DNA of 64,000 bases. Source: Trichosphaerium sp. ATCC 40318 (Eukaryota > Protista > Tubulinea). A model generated the notes under the pieces. It ran no database searches and was not told the origin of the DNA. It worked only from the letters and a program-made list of their open reading frames with translations. The DNA lies in contig JALMLS010000507.1 of the NCBI GenBank assembly GCA_038496445.1, positions 186,001-250,000 on the forward strand, read 5' to 3'. Below are positions 12,830-26,792 of the stretch, one piece after another (positions within the stretch are counted from its first letter, which is position 1; each line of letters starts with the position of its first letter). Position numbers and translations under genes: made by a program.

Positions 12830-13439
12830 GACGTCTTGAGATATGGTTATTAGCGAGGTTCTTTTCAGTGCTTTTTTACTGATTAAGGAGAATAATAAGG
12901 TTATCTTCCTTGAATTTTCTGGTAAATTCTGCACCACCGAAAACAGATGAGAATATTGTTCGGTGCTTTCAAAGACTCTGACTATCAGCTCGGATAATTT
13001 CACTTCCAAGCAAGAGTTGTATTTGAGCACGTGCGTTAGGGCGTAGGTTTACAAAAACAGTATCGCAATTCAATGACTCTAATACAGTCTTTCGTTGTTA
13101 GTATCCTACTACCCAATGGAATCCAATATCAAACCTTTGAAGATTGCATCTATGCTACATCGACATCACATGCTACTAAGCTAAAGTCCTCTTCTGAAAA
13201 ATACAACCTTTGCACTTTTTCTGGTGTTTGCATTTTAATCTAGAGAATAACGGTACAACTAATTAATGGTAATATTGTAGGTTTGTGGTGTTAGTAGCTT
13301 GTGCACAGAAGAGTGCAAACACCTCAAAGCCATTTATTTGTGCGTTTGAAAGCACTTTACATGCCACCAACTATTGATATCAGCTATTCAAGTAACTGAT
13401 CACGTGCTAAACAATATTTCTAGACATATGCTCATTATA

Positions 13440-13590
13440 GACTTCGGCATTGGCTGGTGTGCCTGATACATTAAAGCAAACAGACATCACAAATGCGTTG
13501 TGATAGCATTGGCTGGTGTTAACACTAATGGTCTTGCTGAGTGTTATGGAATCACAGGGTCATGGAGTACATGCGCTGTTACAATCTCAG
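13440..13590 (+). pseudogene. Decayed relic of the ALAGVHTI-type LRR family
   Basis: Two GCATTGGCTGGTGT copies (about 13448 and 13506) match the repeat DNA of the 40289-41455 gene. One reads ALAGVNTNGLAECYGIT; stops and frameshifts surround it. Confidence 0.55.
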
Positions 13591-13773
13591 AGGATATTTA
13601 AATTCACAATAGATCTTTCTTGGACATGTCTCACGTGATTTTCGGCGTTCGCACCTATTCGGATTCTGAAGAGTTACATACAAAATGAACTTTCAGAATC
13701 AGTCCAGCAAGGTCCGACTAGTTCACTGCACAAACTTATTTTAAATTTAGTCTCGGTATTTCACTATTGCGAC

Positions 13774-16232
13774 ATGTCTTTGGTACGTTGCTACAGGAGT
13801 GTTTGTATAATAGAATTATAGAATAACGTACTCGTAACTTCGTTAAGAAGCGCCTTACCAAGGGACAAGCTCAGAGAAGTACTATAGATGTATTGTACAT
13901 TATTTACCAGTACAATAGAGCATTTCGACTTGTCAGCGGCTAAAAAGACACTGTCTTAATATTATCTACAGAAAAGACAACCAGAAGTGCGTACAACGCT
14001 AGCTTGATACGAAAAAGTTGATTTTAAATAGATATCTGACAATTTCAAAAAAATGGTACGGATATCGGCGCTTGCCCAATCCAGACGCGTTGAAAAGCAC
14101 TCTGGAAGCCATAGGTTGGTATAAAAAATTATCTTAACCACCTAAAAGCCGTTTAGGTTTCGAACGCTCAGAAGATACGTTTAAGTTCTCTTACGAAGGC
14201 ACAGACGCCCAAAAAACGTCATTGTACAATTCTGTGTACACCATCCAATGTGTTGCAGGTAAAACTAGGCCATCTTCGTTCTGTTGGCGTAACGGGTTTC
14301 GCAGAGAGTATTTGTGCATCAGACGAGCATGTAGCCGAGAACTTACGGTCTGCAACAGTTCCGGCTATTGGTACATCTTGAATAGTTAATTGAGGAGTTA
14401 ATTAGGAACTGTAGTGTCTGAGTATAAGGATAATTATGTGTTTTTGCCACACGGAGATGAAGAAAGTTGGAAGCAAATTGAAGAAAAGCTTTCGAAAAAA
14501 ATGGAAAGTGTTGATGATGTTATTGCATGTATGAAGTCTATAACACCTTGGGCTACTCCAGAGATGATTAAGTAAGAGCTAAAATATATAACAAAACGTC
14601 TAATTAGTGCAATAAGGACATACTTCAGCGGAGAAGCGTGCAAGTCGTTTAAAACAAGATCTGCTGAAAAAAAAGAGTTTATTGAAAAAATAATACCATT
14701 CACTTGTCGTATGGCTTTGAAGCTTCCAGGTTTATTTCCAGATAAATTACCTGTACTCAAGAAAGGAGAAACATCAAGTGTTATTTTAACACGTGAACAA
14801 GTGAGTAATTTGAGTGCTATTTTTAGCTCACGACTTTTTTTATTTTTAGGTTGCTTGTTTGGTTTGCCACATTTTTTGGGGTTAGTTCTTGTTTATCAGT
14901 CACAATAATCTTACTCTCCTAGGTACTATAACTGATCCAAATCTTATCCACAATGGTGGCTATAATGAAGTCAATCTATTGCAACTATACCAAATGCCAA
15001 GCGCTGTTAATCGAAAGTCTGTTAGAAGTCATATGGAGGTACACTCTAAAATATAACTCGGGCTATTGTTCTTATGATTGTAGACGATTTTCAAATGTAT
15101 TCTTTGTTATTTCCGTAGTATAGAATCTAGTATGCCTAGTGGAAATATTATCGTACAGAGGAAAGCATTAGAAGAGTTCCCAGAATGGAGCAAAAGCGAT
15201 AAACAGCTAAACAAGGTTGATATCAATGATGACCTTAAAATAGAGTGTGCTGAAGCTGCTTTCCAAGCTGATTTTGCTAATGCCTACATTGGCGGTGGTG
15301 CTTTACATGGTACAATAGCCTAAAGAGTATTAAGTACTTACTTTAGTATTAAAAAAGGCGGAAGTGTTCAAGAAGAAATGCTGTTTGCTTTGAAACCAGA
15401 ATGCTATGTTTCAATGTTATTATGCTCAAGAATGGATAAATCAGAGGTTCGTTATGATGCCTGTGTTCCTTTATGGCTTACATCTGTTTAAAAAAGGCTA
15501 TTATTATCAGTGGGGCACAACAGTTTAGTAATTACAGTGGGTATGGTAAAAAGTTCAAGTATGAAGGTGCGTTCTAAGCCATTTGATTTGCTTTATTTAT
15601 TTAAGTCTTCGTAAGGACCACACTCATCTGAGATACCAATGAATACGAAGCTTAATTGTATTGATAATCATATTGTGGCTATAGACGCTGTGATTGTAAT
15701 AGGAGACTCAGCTTTACAATTCAAACAAGAGTACGTATTGCTGCTCTTTGAATCCAACCGTTTTTACTGATTGTTTTCTAGAAACATCATTAGAGATATG
15801 AACAAACTCTATGTGTCTATTAAAGATCTAAAGCCTAACGCAGATTCTATGCCACCTGTTTTCTCAACAGGCAATTGGGTACTTTACAAAACAAAAACGT
15901 TTTGTTTCTAAGTTGTTACGAAAAAGGGTTGTGGAGCTTTTGGTGGCGATATGGAACTTAAAGCAATTCAACAAATCATTGTTGCTGCTGAAGCTGATAT
16001 GCCTTTACTGTACTGTACATTTCACTGCCCAGAACTTGCCAAGGTGCGCCTCTGTGTAATACTAAAGTGTTTGTACTAAAACAATACAAAATTCTAGGCA
16101 ATGAAAAGCTTTGTAGATTTTTGTGTCAAACAAAAGGTTACTGTAGGCGCTATTATGAAAGCTCTGTCTACATATGAACCTGGTACAAAATCAGGTGTGT
16201 TTGAATATGTTACGAAAACTTTAAGTGCTTAA
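13774..16232 (+). CDS. PARG: Poly(ADP-ribose) glycohydrolase, canonical type
   Basis: QADFANAYIGGGALHG|GSVQEEMLFALKPE (GGG...QEE catalytic motif), FSNYSGYG, IVAIDA, STGNW|GCGAFGGD. Exons are firm from about 14415; the upstream small exons and the ATG at 13774 are tentative. Confidence 0.92.
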
Positions 16233-16661
16233 ACAAATGAGGTAAATCCAAACCAATAACCGTTATTCATATCAACAACTTATTCATTGCAATATAGGCC
16301 GCTTAGTATTGAATAATGATTTAACGTTATATACATTGGTCTGTTGTGAAACAATATAAATGCTAAACATTTAGCCTTTGGATTTGTTTTTACTGTTTTT
16401 TCGTGAATATAAAGAAAAACTACCGTCGAACTGTCCTTAAGAACATTTGCCTCTTTCTTTTTGTGTATTCCATACAAGTTGACATCTTTTTAATAGTGTT
16501 TTATCTTACAAAATAAATTTCTTTCTTTTACGGTCGGGTCTTGAAGTTCCAAAAAAACCAGAGTACCTGTAAAACCTACCTTGTATTGACTCTGCTTTGA
16601 CTTCGTCTGGGCGTATGTAAAAAACCACCCTATTAAACACTAATTTGGCGTTGTACTTTCC

Positions 16662-18103
16662 ATGGCATCAAGACTGAAGGTACTATTTATTCGTGTTTGT
16701 TATACTGATTAAAACAGTTAAGAATATCTCGTGGCCAATGTGACTTCCTCTTACATCTACCAGTGGAGATACATCTTTGTATTATTGATTTTGATAATAC
16801 AGTGTATTGTAAATGGCCAATAATGTCAAAATACGCAGCGATGAGTTCAAGGTATGATTCTAAACTCAGAAAACATGGCACGTGGAAAAAATACATAGCA
16901 GCAAAAAATAGTAACAGCGAACTCAGATTACAAGGTAGGAACAGTACAGTGATAAGATACTAACTGTGGTGTTGTAGAATATAGTTTTTGGAAATGTGGT
17001 AGACGTCATGGCGAGCTGAAAACTTTTTTCAAAAAAGGTCACGTGAAGAAACAGTGTATTTATGTTAAAGATCAGCTTCATGGGGAATTCAAGACATGGT
17101 ATTATAATGGCAGATTACAAATACATTGCTTTTATGAACTGATAAAATGAACGGGAGTTATCAAGATTTCTATATAAATGGTCAATTAAATACTAATTGT
17201 TATTATGAAATAGGAGTCTTGAATTATGTGTACAGGCAGTTCAATCAACGTGGGGAGATGTGTAAAGATTGCTTTTATTCTAATGGTAAGTTAAATAATG
17301 AATATGAAGAGTGGTGCGGACGTTTGAGTGTACATTGTATGTACTCAGATGGTAAAAAAAATGGGGAGTACTTAAAGTGGTATTCAAATGGACAATTGAA
17401 GGTTAGCTGTTTTTATGTAAATGAAGTGTTGAATAGCACGTGTAAGAAGTGGTATAAGAATGGGAAATTGTCTTTACATTGTGTTTATGCTAAAGGTCGG
17501 TTGGAAGGAGACTACAAGGAGTGGCATGATAATGGTTTAATACAAAAGCAGAGTTTTTATGTCGATGGCATACTTAATGGAGAGTACAAACAATGGGACA
17601 GTAAAGGGGATTTAATCAAACACTGCGTTTATGTTAAAGGCAAAGCTAATGGAGAGTTCAAAAAGTGGTTTGAGAAAGGCATGCAAAGTGTAGTTTGCGT
17701 TTACAACATGGGTATTATTGAAGGAGAGTACAAAGAATGGCATGGTAATGGTAAGATGAAGCAACATTATTTCTGTGTCAACGGCAAGATGGACAAGAAA
17801 TATAAAGAATGGCATGTTAATGGAAAGCTTGCTAAATACTATAATTATGTAAATGGTATACTGCATAACAAGTATAGAGAGTGGCATGACACAGGGCATA
17901 TAAAGTTACATTGCTTTTATGACAATGGCGTCTTGAATAAGGAGTACAAGGAGTGGCATTATAATGGAAACATACATCAAAAGTGCTTCTATGTTAATGG
18001 AAAGCTTCATAGTGTATACAAAGAATGGAAATGGAGCGGAAAGTTAGAACTGCATTGCTATTATGTTAACGGAGTACTTGAACGGATAGTAAAACATAAC
18101 TGA
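16662..18103 (+). CDS. F-box-like + about 15 MORN-variant 24-aa repeats; one apparent 1-nt frameshift near 17140
   Basis: MASRLK|...LLHLPVEIHLCII...SRYDSKLRKHGTWKKY (paralog of 12217-12829), with two short introns. Repeats such as NGEYKEWHxNGxxxxxCFYVNGxL. TAT GAA CT- GAT AAA ATG needs one extra base to stay in frame. Confidence 0.8.
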
Positions 18104-18587
18104 TTACAAGGGTTATTCGGAAACTATCAAACTACGACCTGGAAGCTACATTTCGAGAGATGACAATAAACCTGTGAAGGCATGTGGTTCAGCTTCGGAG
18201 TGAAGTAGCTGTACGCAAATTTCAGTTATTGTGATCTCGCACTAAACGCGCTTGTACGCTATCGCAATCTCCTACGAACGAATTGTACTTGAAGTACCAC
18301 AAGTGTAACAATGAAGCAAAAATAACGGACTGAAAAGTAAGTACATTATTCCAATGAAGTTTCAATCTTTCTACAAACTCATTTATATTTGTCACGTGCA
18401 TATGCGTTGGACGCAAGCGCTCTTTTTTATCGACAAACAACGTTTTTCTGTCAAACTCAACCGGAAAAACACGGAGAAACGCGCTGATTAGCAGCGCTTG
18501 GTGCATTCGGAACAAAAAGGTTTTTTTGTGTATTACATTTCACGTGCACATTACTAAGCGTTTTACTTTTCCAAACGTCACAACAAC

Positions 18588-20121
18588 ATGTTACGCAACG
18601 CGTGTCTTTTCCTTGTTGTATTAGCTTGCGCATACTGCGCTACAGTGCCAAAATGGACGCCAACGTACGATATGGCAATGTCAACGGTATTTATGCCTTG
18701 TAACTACTCTGGTTACTTTGATGCAAAGTTTGCCGCTCAGTTCGGCATTGCTGATTTCGACTGGAGTAATGCGAAGCAATTATGGGCTAATACGAAACCT
18801 ATGACATGTGAGGAGTATCTAGTAGAACAGGCGAATCGTGTGAAGGCCATAAACCCTAAAACGAAAGTTTTCGTTTACAGAAATCTTGTTAAAGGTAGGT
18901 TTCGTTTCAAGTCGTTCTTTTTTCAACTCAGCCTTCTTTTAGCGCTTCCTAGGTTTTCAAACGTTAGGACTAAGATAACAGATAAAGAATACGAAGGGTG
19001 GTTTATGAAATTTTCTGGAAAAAATAATTATCACGTGTCTCAGTGCGATGATAACTACAATCCACCAAAGTGTTCAGACTTTTATCATGATGATACTAAG
19101 TCACCTCGGCATGGTAATGGGGACAATGGTCAATGTGCAGATCCTTGTGATTGCGGAAGTGTACCTTGTGGAGAGTACCTGTGGGATCATCGTAACACAT
19201 CCGTCGCTGACTACTTGATAAAAGAAGTGATTCTTGGTAATACAGGTACGTCTGTAGAAATCCGCTTGCGCTGTTTGCTCTCGTACGTGCTCACTAAGAT
19301 TTTAAGCGCTTGGCAATGAGCATATCTCCGGATTCTATCTTGACGATTTTTGGCAAGACCATCCTTCTTCTGCTGGCAAACAGTGGTGCAATCACTACAA
19401 ATTCGGTATGTATTTTGTCTTTGTTTTTTTTCTATATCGCCTGCGGTTTTGTTGCTTATTGGAGTGTAGGCGGAGCAAGCGAAGAAAATTACTACTGTGT
19501 TGCTGATATGGGCTTGGATCAAGAAGATGTTACGAACATGTATACTCATTGGAGAGCAACTATCGACAAAGTTTATGATGCCATCACCGAAAACGGAGGT
19601 TGGAGTTTTCAGCAGTTTACAACCTTTAAAACACCCGAAAAAGAACAATGTGCCAAAACCTTCAGAGCAGAATGTAGTAATGATTCGGTGGCTTACACAA
19701 ACGCGATACACTACTCGGTAAGAAAAAAATACTTCAAAACAACAAAAAACACGTGCAAGTTTCTTTTTTTTATCAAACTTTTTTATGATTGATTGTTTTT
19801 ACTTTCTAGTACACCTTGAATGGTAGAGCTGTCTCTCCTCTACCTCAATTTGAACAAGACTTGGCAGGATTTTTACTGGTAAGAGGTCCTTACGCATGGC
19901 TCGGATATGGATGGAGCGGATGTAGTGTTAGTTCAGAACCACCTGGTGCTGGAGGTAAACCATACATGTTTCCTGATGAATTGAAGCTTGATTATGGTGT
20001 ACCTACTGAGATTTGTCACGAAACAGAGAAAAATAGTGGTATCTTCGTTAGAAAATGGAGTAAATCAACAGTCCAGTTTGATTGTAATACATACACTGGA
20101 AGTGTCAAATTTACCAACTAA
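18588..20121 (+). CDS. Secreted putative glycoside-hydrolase-like protein (GHL15-like TIM barrel)
   Basis: Signal peptide; VKAINPKTKVFVYRNLVK, YLWDHRN, FYLDDFW, LAGFLLVRGPYAWLGYGW, LDYGVP...GIFVRKWSKSTVQFDCNT. Family call from motif recall. Confidence 0.65.
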
Positions 20122-20992
20122 ATAACAACTAAGCAACATTATCCCAAAAAAAATTTGTTTCGCTTTCTTGATTGTAACCCTGTCTGTTGTTCGTAACGAA
20201 ATTATCGTGTTTGTAACACGTGTTAGCTCCAAAAATTGTTTTTTACATTGAAGATGTTGAAACGCTGAACATGGTAGTTTTCTTTCGTACGTTGTTTACT
20301 CACTGACTGGGAATTGTACCAAAAATATGTGGCTATGGAATACAAAAAAGGAGGTGGTAGCGTAGCGTGATCGTCAGCCTTCACTCTCGGCGGAGAGTGA
20401 GAGGCAAAGGGGTGGTTGAAGACACGCCAGTTGGCAGTGTAATCGAACCAATGGCACGAAGTATTATTACTGTGATTTGTAGGTACACCTTCAAAAGTTG
20501 TTGTAATCGAGTTGGATGAAGCACAGCTACTTTGGGCACCCAACATTAAGAATATTCAAAGAGAAGAAAAAGAGAAACATTTTGGAATAAAAAAAATTGT
20601 GGTACTGCACTTCTTGTCCATAAAATACGCGTTAGCTACGCTCGCTCTTTGTCTGGTAACAGTTGAATAGGTTTTTTCTAAAGATTGGCAATACCGTAAA
20701 ATAGCGCCTTCCGAGTACAAGAACCTGACGAATTAATTCTTCCAAGTGTTCTTATCGGTATAAATACAAGTATTCATATTCATAGCCCCACATGGTATTC
20801 ATTCATGAATATTTATTGTGTTTGGTAACTCGGGATTGTGTGGAGCTATTGGTTTGTAACACCTGTGCTGTTGTCACTTCACGAGAATACTCTTTATTTT
20901 TATAGTCTCATTCCAGTTTTACAATATTATCAAGAAAGTGAGTTTCTAGCACTATCAGCTATGGCAGCAAGCCAATTGTTTTACAAAGCAGT

Positions 20993-21858
20993 TTAACTAA
21001 AAGCAGATTGGCTAAATATAGCATTAGCCGCATACAATACATTGAAAGCTTTGCGTGAAATATTGAAACACCAAATAAGATTAATGGTGTGAACACCAAC
21101 AAGTGATATAACACCTTCATCTGTAAGTTCACGACAAAAACTTAAATCAATGGAATGAACACCAGCAAGTGATTTGACACCTTCATCTGTTATATTAGTA
21201 GCACACCCAGCAAGACTAATAGAATAAACACCAGCAAGTGCTTTGACACCTTCATCTGTAATGTTATCACAATAACTTAGATCAATCGTATGCACACCAG
21301 CAAGTGATTTGACACTCTCATCTGTAACACCACCACAACCACCCAGATAAATAGTATGAACACCAGAAAGCGCTTTGATACCTTCACTTGTAATTCCCTT
21401 GCGCCTACGAAGATTAATAGTATGGACACCCGAAAGCGCCTTGACACCTTCATCTGTAACGCAATCACAACCACTAAGATCAATGTTATGAACACCGGCA
21501 TATTGTTTTAAAATACTAGCACACAACTGCTCCTCTGCCAACCCGTGGCGTGCAAACTTTATTGCAAGTTTGATTTTTGTATTTTGTAGTATGCTACTGT
21601 GTTTCAACAGTGCTCTTGTTTGGTCTTCACTTACAATTGTAACACTCTCGTATCCAATAATGTCATGGATGATAGAAGCAAAGAGACTACATGTTTGGCA
21701 AGCTGCAAATCGTGCTTTTGTTGTTTGAACTAAAATATGAGCCAAAATCTCTGTAGGTAAGTCTAAAATGCATATTGGCTCACTTGTGGGGTAAGTTAGA
21801 ACGTCTAATGAGAAATTTAAGTGGTTACTTACCGTTGGACTAGATGCTGTCCTGACAT
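20993..21858 (-). CDS. F-box + seven 22-aa LRRs (LAGVHTIxL type)
   Basis: MSGQHLVQR, intron 21832-21783, then EPICILDLPTEILAHIL...CQTCSLF F-box and repeats VHTIDLSYCDNITDEGVKALAG. Confidence 0.88.
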
Positions 21859-22130
21859 AATTTAGAATACATAAAGTGCAAATTATCACGTGTTCCAGAA
21901 CCGGCGGCTTTCTCTCTTTCTAAAGATCTTTCAAAGTATGTATTTTACAGGTCATTTCAAATAAACCCAGGTTCATTTTTATTTGAACTCTTGTAATGAA
22001 TACCTTACGCCTACTTCGTTGTGGGGTCGTAAAAAAACAGAATGCAATGTATTTGTGACCTGATTTTTCAGTTAATTGAAGCTTTTCGGTCTTGCCATTG
22101 TACTTTAATTTCTGAGCGACTAACTTTATT

Positions 22131-24096
22131 TCATAGAGGGTTTATCATTAATATACTGACTGATTGTGTTTGTATTGTATCAGAAAGTATAATTTCATCA
22201 GAAGAAACTTTGTTTACTTTACCAGTGTACGGTTTTGGCTTCAGAAATTCTGTTTGCATCTTAAAATAATCAGTTTTATGAGCTTCTATGTAGTTATGTC
22301 CGACAATATTAGCTACAAGTGCCGTTGTTAGTATGTATACGATTTATTTCCGTAGTTGAACGCACTCATTTCATGTATTGGATAGAGTCTTCCATCGTTA
22401 TATTGTAATCCATTGATTTTCTTCAGATCATTGTACATTATATCATAGACAGAGTTGTTCCGATCTAACTTAAACTGAGATACACTGCCGACTTTAAATG
22501 ACGATTTTAGACCCGCCAAATCAAGTGTGACTTTATAATCTGTCATTTCAGTTGAAGCATAATCAGTGCTGTCGAAAACAGTCAACAGAACAAAAATCTT
22601 CGAAATTTCTGATTTGTTTTCGTTCCACTGTATCAGACCAACACCATCAGCGTGCTGATTACTTGTCGTCCCAGATACGCTTAAAAATGTAGCTTCGGAT
22701 CCTATCAGTAGTTCGGCAATCGCCATAAGCCATCCTTGACTGAATAACAAGTATTCCTCTCCATCAGTCAACTTGTCAAAGAAACCCCAATGGTAAATTT
22801 TGGAGATGCCTCCACGAAGTGCAACCAATGAAGCTGATGCTACCCAAGCGCTTCCAAAGCACCCTTAAAATACTTAGTACATATGATTCTTAGCTACATT
22901 GAAAAAAACAGTACCTGGTTCTGGAGATCTTCGATCAAAAGGATTGGTCAAAGTTCCGAATTCCATGATTTGCATTTCAATCTCCTGACTTCTGTTTGGC
23001 GCAACAAGCTCTCTGAACTGTCTTAATACCTTAACATTCTCCACAACTGTATTTATAGAATACTTATTAGGTTTAGAACCGTAACTAAACAAGATTAGTC
23101 GAGGGTATAATGCTACCAACTTACACGCTCATCCCGAGAACATCAATTGGCGACCCAATTTTACCAGTTACATAATTTCTTCCTTTGCCAATGTGATTCA
23201 CAATGTCATGAGCTAGAGGATAAGTAGGGCTCCCGCAACTCATACAAAAGTTTCCAAGGCCTATTCTTGCTTTTGGAAGAACTTTACGAACGGCATAAGT
23301 AACCCAATCGTAGGTCTCATAGAACTTCTCCATTGTATCTGACCAGTGGTGCGCATTGTTGGGTTCTGTTGCTACTCTGAATATCCATTGTTGAACTTGC
23401 TCCGATCCATATTTACCAACAAGTGCTCGTACAAGCGCTTCAATAAATTGAGCGTATACTTTTGGATCATCCGGTCCATAAACGTTACCATACACACCTA
23501 GTACTTTCTCGTTAGTACCGCCTTCATCAAAAAAAAAAGTGGTTTTATCGAGTTACTGATGTCACGTGCCTGTCACGTTTTTTGAAGTAAAGCACCAGGG
23601 TACATTATCAAGAACAAATACAAACTGCATGCCATTGGATACAAGGGGATCAAGACGATTGAACATTTCATCAAATCGATAGCAATATTTCTTATCTCCA
23701 CAAGAGTAAGCCAAGTCATCCGACGTGTTATGATCTGTCCAACCTCCAAGTATTCTCACTGTTGATATGTTTGTGGTAAATACGTCAGTATATGCATGAG
23801 GCCAATCCCACTTCGGAAGAGTTTTTACGAACTCAGATTGAGTGTCAATCATGAAATTGTGCCACACTTGGTAAAAAAAATCAAAAAAAAACAAAGTTGA
23901 AAGAATTTTCCTAAAACAAAATCACGTGATAGCGTGATTACGAACTTTCTAATGCCTTATCAGGAAGAGGACCTGTATCCCATATACGAGGAAAAGAAGT
24001 AAACGAAGGATTATCTCCAGGTGCGTATTTAAACTCTAATTGTGCATACGAAATAGATAACAGTAGGCACATAAAAATGGGGATACCCGCCTTCAT
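22131..24096 (-). CDS. Secreted GH39-like (clan GH-A) glycoside hydrolase
   Basis: Signal peptide MKAGIPIFMCLLLSISYA; YGNVYGPDDPKVYAQFIEALVRALVGKYG...WIFRVATEPN (acid/base, TEP in place of NEP); IMEFG putative nucleophile. The last exon ends MINPL*. Confidence 0.8.
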
Positions 24097-25173
24097 CTTG
24101 TGTTACTTTTACCTAAAAACCCAAAATAATACCGGTGTAAAGTCAACTTTATTTCAAACATCATCGTTGTTGGAACGCTTCGACTCTTATGTTTGCTGTT
24201 TTCTTCACCACACCATCTACTAATACTGTTCTGTCCTTCCGTGCTATGCAAGTATATCAAACATGGCACCAACCGCCAGTTTTATCAATTTTATTTTGTA
24301 CTACCTGCAACTAAACAGGTTTTTTTGGTAATTGAACGAAATTTAGCACTTTCCAGCTACGTATTCTTAGTGTTCCAAAGCCAGAATTTGTATGTTAAGG
24401 ATAACCTTGGAACCATAGTCAAATTGCCAAAAATAATCGGCTACTACACGCCAACGCTTTCCCCACGCGTAGAACAAGTAGTTGTAAGAACTAGACCGTA
24501 TTTACTTGACATTCTGAGAAAAAAAAAACTAAACGAGTACCTACCTGTTTGAACGTGAGTCTAAATAGTTGTGTATTACTACCTTTACAAAAAGTCTACA
24601 GCGAACTATTTTAAGGTTAGTTCACAAGGATAGTTGTACAGTATGATACCACTTGTCGTCAGACAAGATGCAGACGTGGTGAAATATTTCTGTTTCGCGT
24701 AGATACATTACTTCGAGTCTGCATTTATTAATCTTGTTCAAAGGTGTAATTCCACCTTAGCAATGGCACAAACATGCGTTTATAATATGTAGTGATACGG
24801 TATCACTACAATAAAAACCAAACGGCATTTTATTTTCAGCAACAGTCACGGAAACACTCCTATACGCTTTCAATGGCGTTAGAAACACTATTGAGCAGTA
24901 ATAAACCCAATTCAAGAGAAAACAACCAAATTGGCTAATAAAACCCTTTTTGGCATGACTTAGCACTTCTAAACGCGTTTGAGGTGTCTAATCAACGTTT
25001 AACAATGCACTACAGACTATTTAAAATCTATGTAGTTTTTTATTACAATGTACGAAAAAAAAAGGAAAGATTCTTCGTTTATTTACTGCATAGTGGTGTC
25101 GTAAGTCTATTTTAACAATCAAATACCTCAATACAACAACACATCGGCAACATATCCAGATTTACAAACGAAC

Positions 25174-25820
25174 ATGTCCAGGAAAAAGATCGCTTGCACA
25201 AACAAGATGTACAAAGTCGAACCTTCATACAAGTATCCAAAGGTATCTCCTTCGATGAAGAAATCAGCAATACTAGCACGAGCAAAGGCCAGACAAGCTT
25301 GTGGGTGCCGTAGATGTACGTAGCCGCTTCTTCTTTTTTATGAAAAGTATTCTTTTCTGACGCGTTATATTGCATTAGGTTTCATTGTAGGACCCTTACC
25401 CGCTCATAAAAACGGTATGACTGAGTTTATGCACTTTAATCGCACAAATGGGCTTCCTATCAAGTTCAAGCAACGGAGGTATAAATACACTCCTTGGGAT
25501 ATTAAATCTGTTTGCCGTGAGTCCGTCAAAGGTATGCCTATTTGGTTTTTTTCGGCTACGTGCTTACCTGCTTCTAGTTGCAAAAACGCGCACAGTAGAT
25601 GTGTTTGATCATACGTTAAGGGTCATGGACAAGAAGTACGCTACACTGACGTTATCGGAAAAATCGGCTTTCAAGATAGTATCCAAACGATCATCCTTCA
25701 AAAAGGTCAGTACCACTATTGCGCACGACTATTCTAACCTGACCTTAGGCGTGTAAACGTGCTCCTCAAAATTCGCGCCAAACAGCCCATCCATGCTCAA
25801 TAAGCTACTTGCTCAACTAA
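25174..25820 (+). CDS. Small basic hypothetical protein (4 exons)
   Basis: MSRKKIACTNK...ACGCRRCFIVG... stays open across three GT-AG introns and ends SYLLN*; AATAAA at about 25853. No domain recognised. Confidence 0.6.
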
Positions 25821-25992
25821 ACGACCCTGCCTATCAAAGTAGCACCAATGTAAATAAAAATCTCTGTACATAGCCTAACGCCAGCTACGCAATACTTCCC
25901 TTTAACCCGTACGATAAATAGCAAGCTTGAGTGTCTACGAATCTTCAGATAGAAACTCCTTTGAGGCGCAATTGCACGTGCATTTATTTATT

Positions 25993-26445
25993 CTACAGTT
26001 CAGTGTTAGCGTCTAAAGGCGCCCTAGGCGCTGCAAGCTCTTGTAACAAGGAAAGAGGAACAACTTCAAGCGTTTTTGCGTGCGTAGCTTCTAGTACCAC
26101 TAATGGTGCTACACCTTCGTCGTATGCTTCTTTCCACCGAGTAGCGCACAGACACCATCTAATTTGTTCGTTATAATCGGTTTTGAAAAGTTTTGCTTAC
26201 TTGTCTCCTGGCTTTAAACCTGGGAACCTATACGCAGGATTTGGAGTGCTAAGATCATTACCGCGTTCTTTAGTGTAGGATAAAAATTCTTCCGTTACTT
26301 GGGCGCAAACAGTATGCACTCCATGGTCATGAGGTCCTGTAGCGCAGTATCCGTCCCTGTAAAACCCTGTACGCGGAGAAAAGCAACATGATTCCAGTTG
26401 CGACCCCAATACGTTTTTTGTACCGTTGTGAATGTTGTTTGACAT
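25993..26445 (-). CDS. DUF2237 family protein
   Basis: KNVLGSQLESCC..PRTGFYRDGYC.TG..D.G.HTVCA...GNDLSTP...FPGLKPGDK|WCLCATRWKEA is the DUF2237 signature; one intron. Confidence 0.93.
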
Positions 26446-26792
26446 TGTCGAGTCAGTGGTAAAACGAATGCGTGGTTTTTGAGCTAAAATGGTGTTATGA
26501 GTGCTAGCTCGCCAGCCAAGAGCGTTGGTACGCTTTATAAGGTGAATTTTACTTGTAAGACGCGTAACAGCACCGGTTACAAAGCAAAAATGAGGTTTGA
26601 CTGAAAACAACTTTGTAGAACTCCAGAAAAGTAACACGTGACTCTCATAAAATGCACTAGATGTGTAAGAATACATCAATGGGATGCATACTCACGCACC
26701 AAGATTGCCGATTGCGAAAAGAGTTTTGTACTCAGAATCATCCCAAAGTTTTTATTTGGCTTTGAATCAAGTTCAACTATTGAACGTGGTGA

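Noticed and set aside
17130-17152. AAA-TGA at the frame break as programmed (Euplotes-like) frameshifting
   Set aside because: It needs a -1 shift and has no slippery heptamer. The repeat alignment fits a simple 1-nt deletion or an assembly error.
20480-20630. Walker-B-like peptide VVVIELDEAQLL on the + strand
   Set aside because: Isolated, with no Walker A or gene model; at most a decayed NTPase fragment.
12217-21858. Endogenous giant-virus insertion
   Set aside because: No viral hallmark genes (capsid, polB, packaging ATPase). The virus-like repeat genes are interspersed with intron-rich host genes.
24193-25050. Short ORFs between the GH39-like gene and the basic protein
   Set aside because: No recognisable motifs or consistent splice model.
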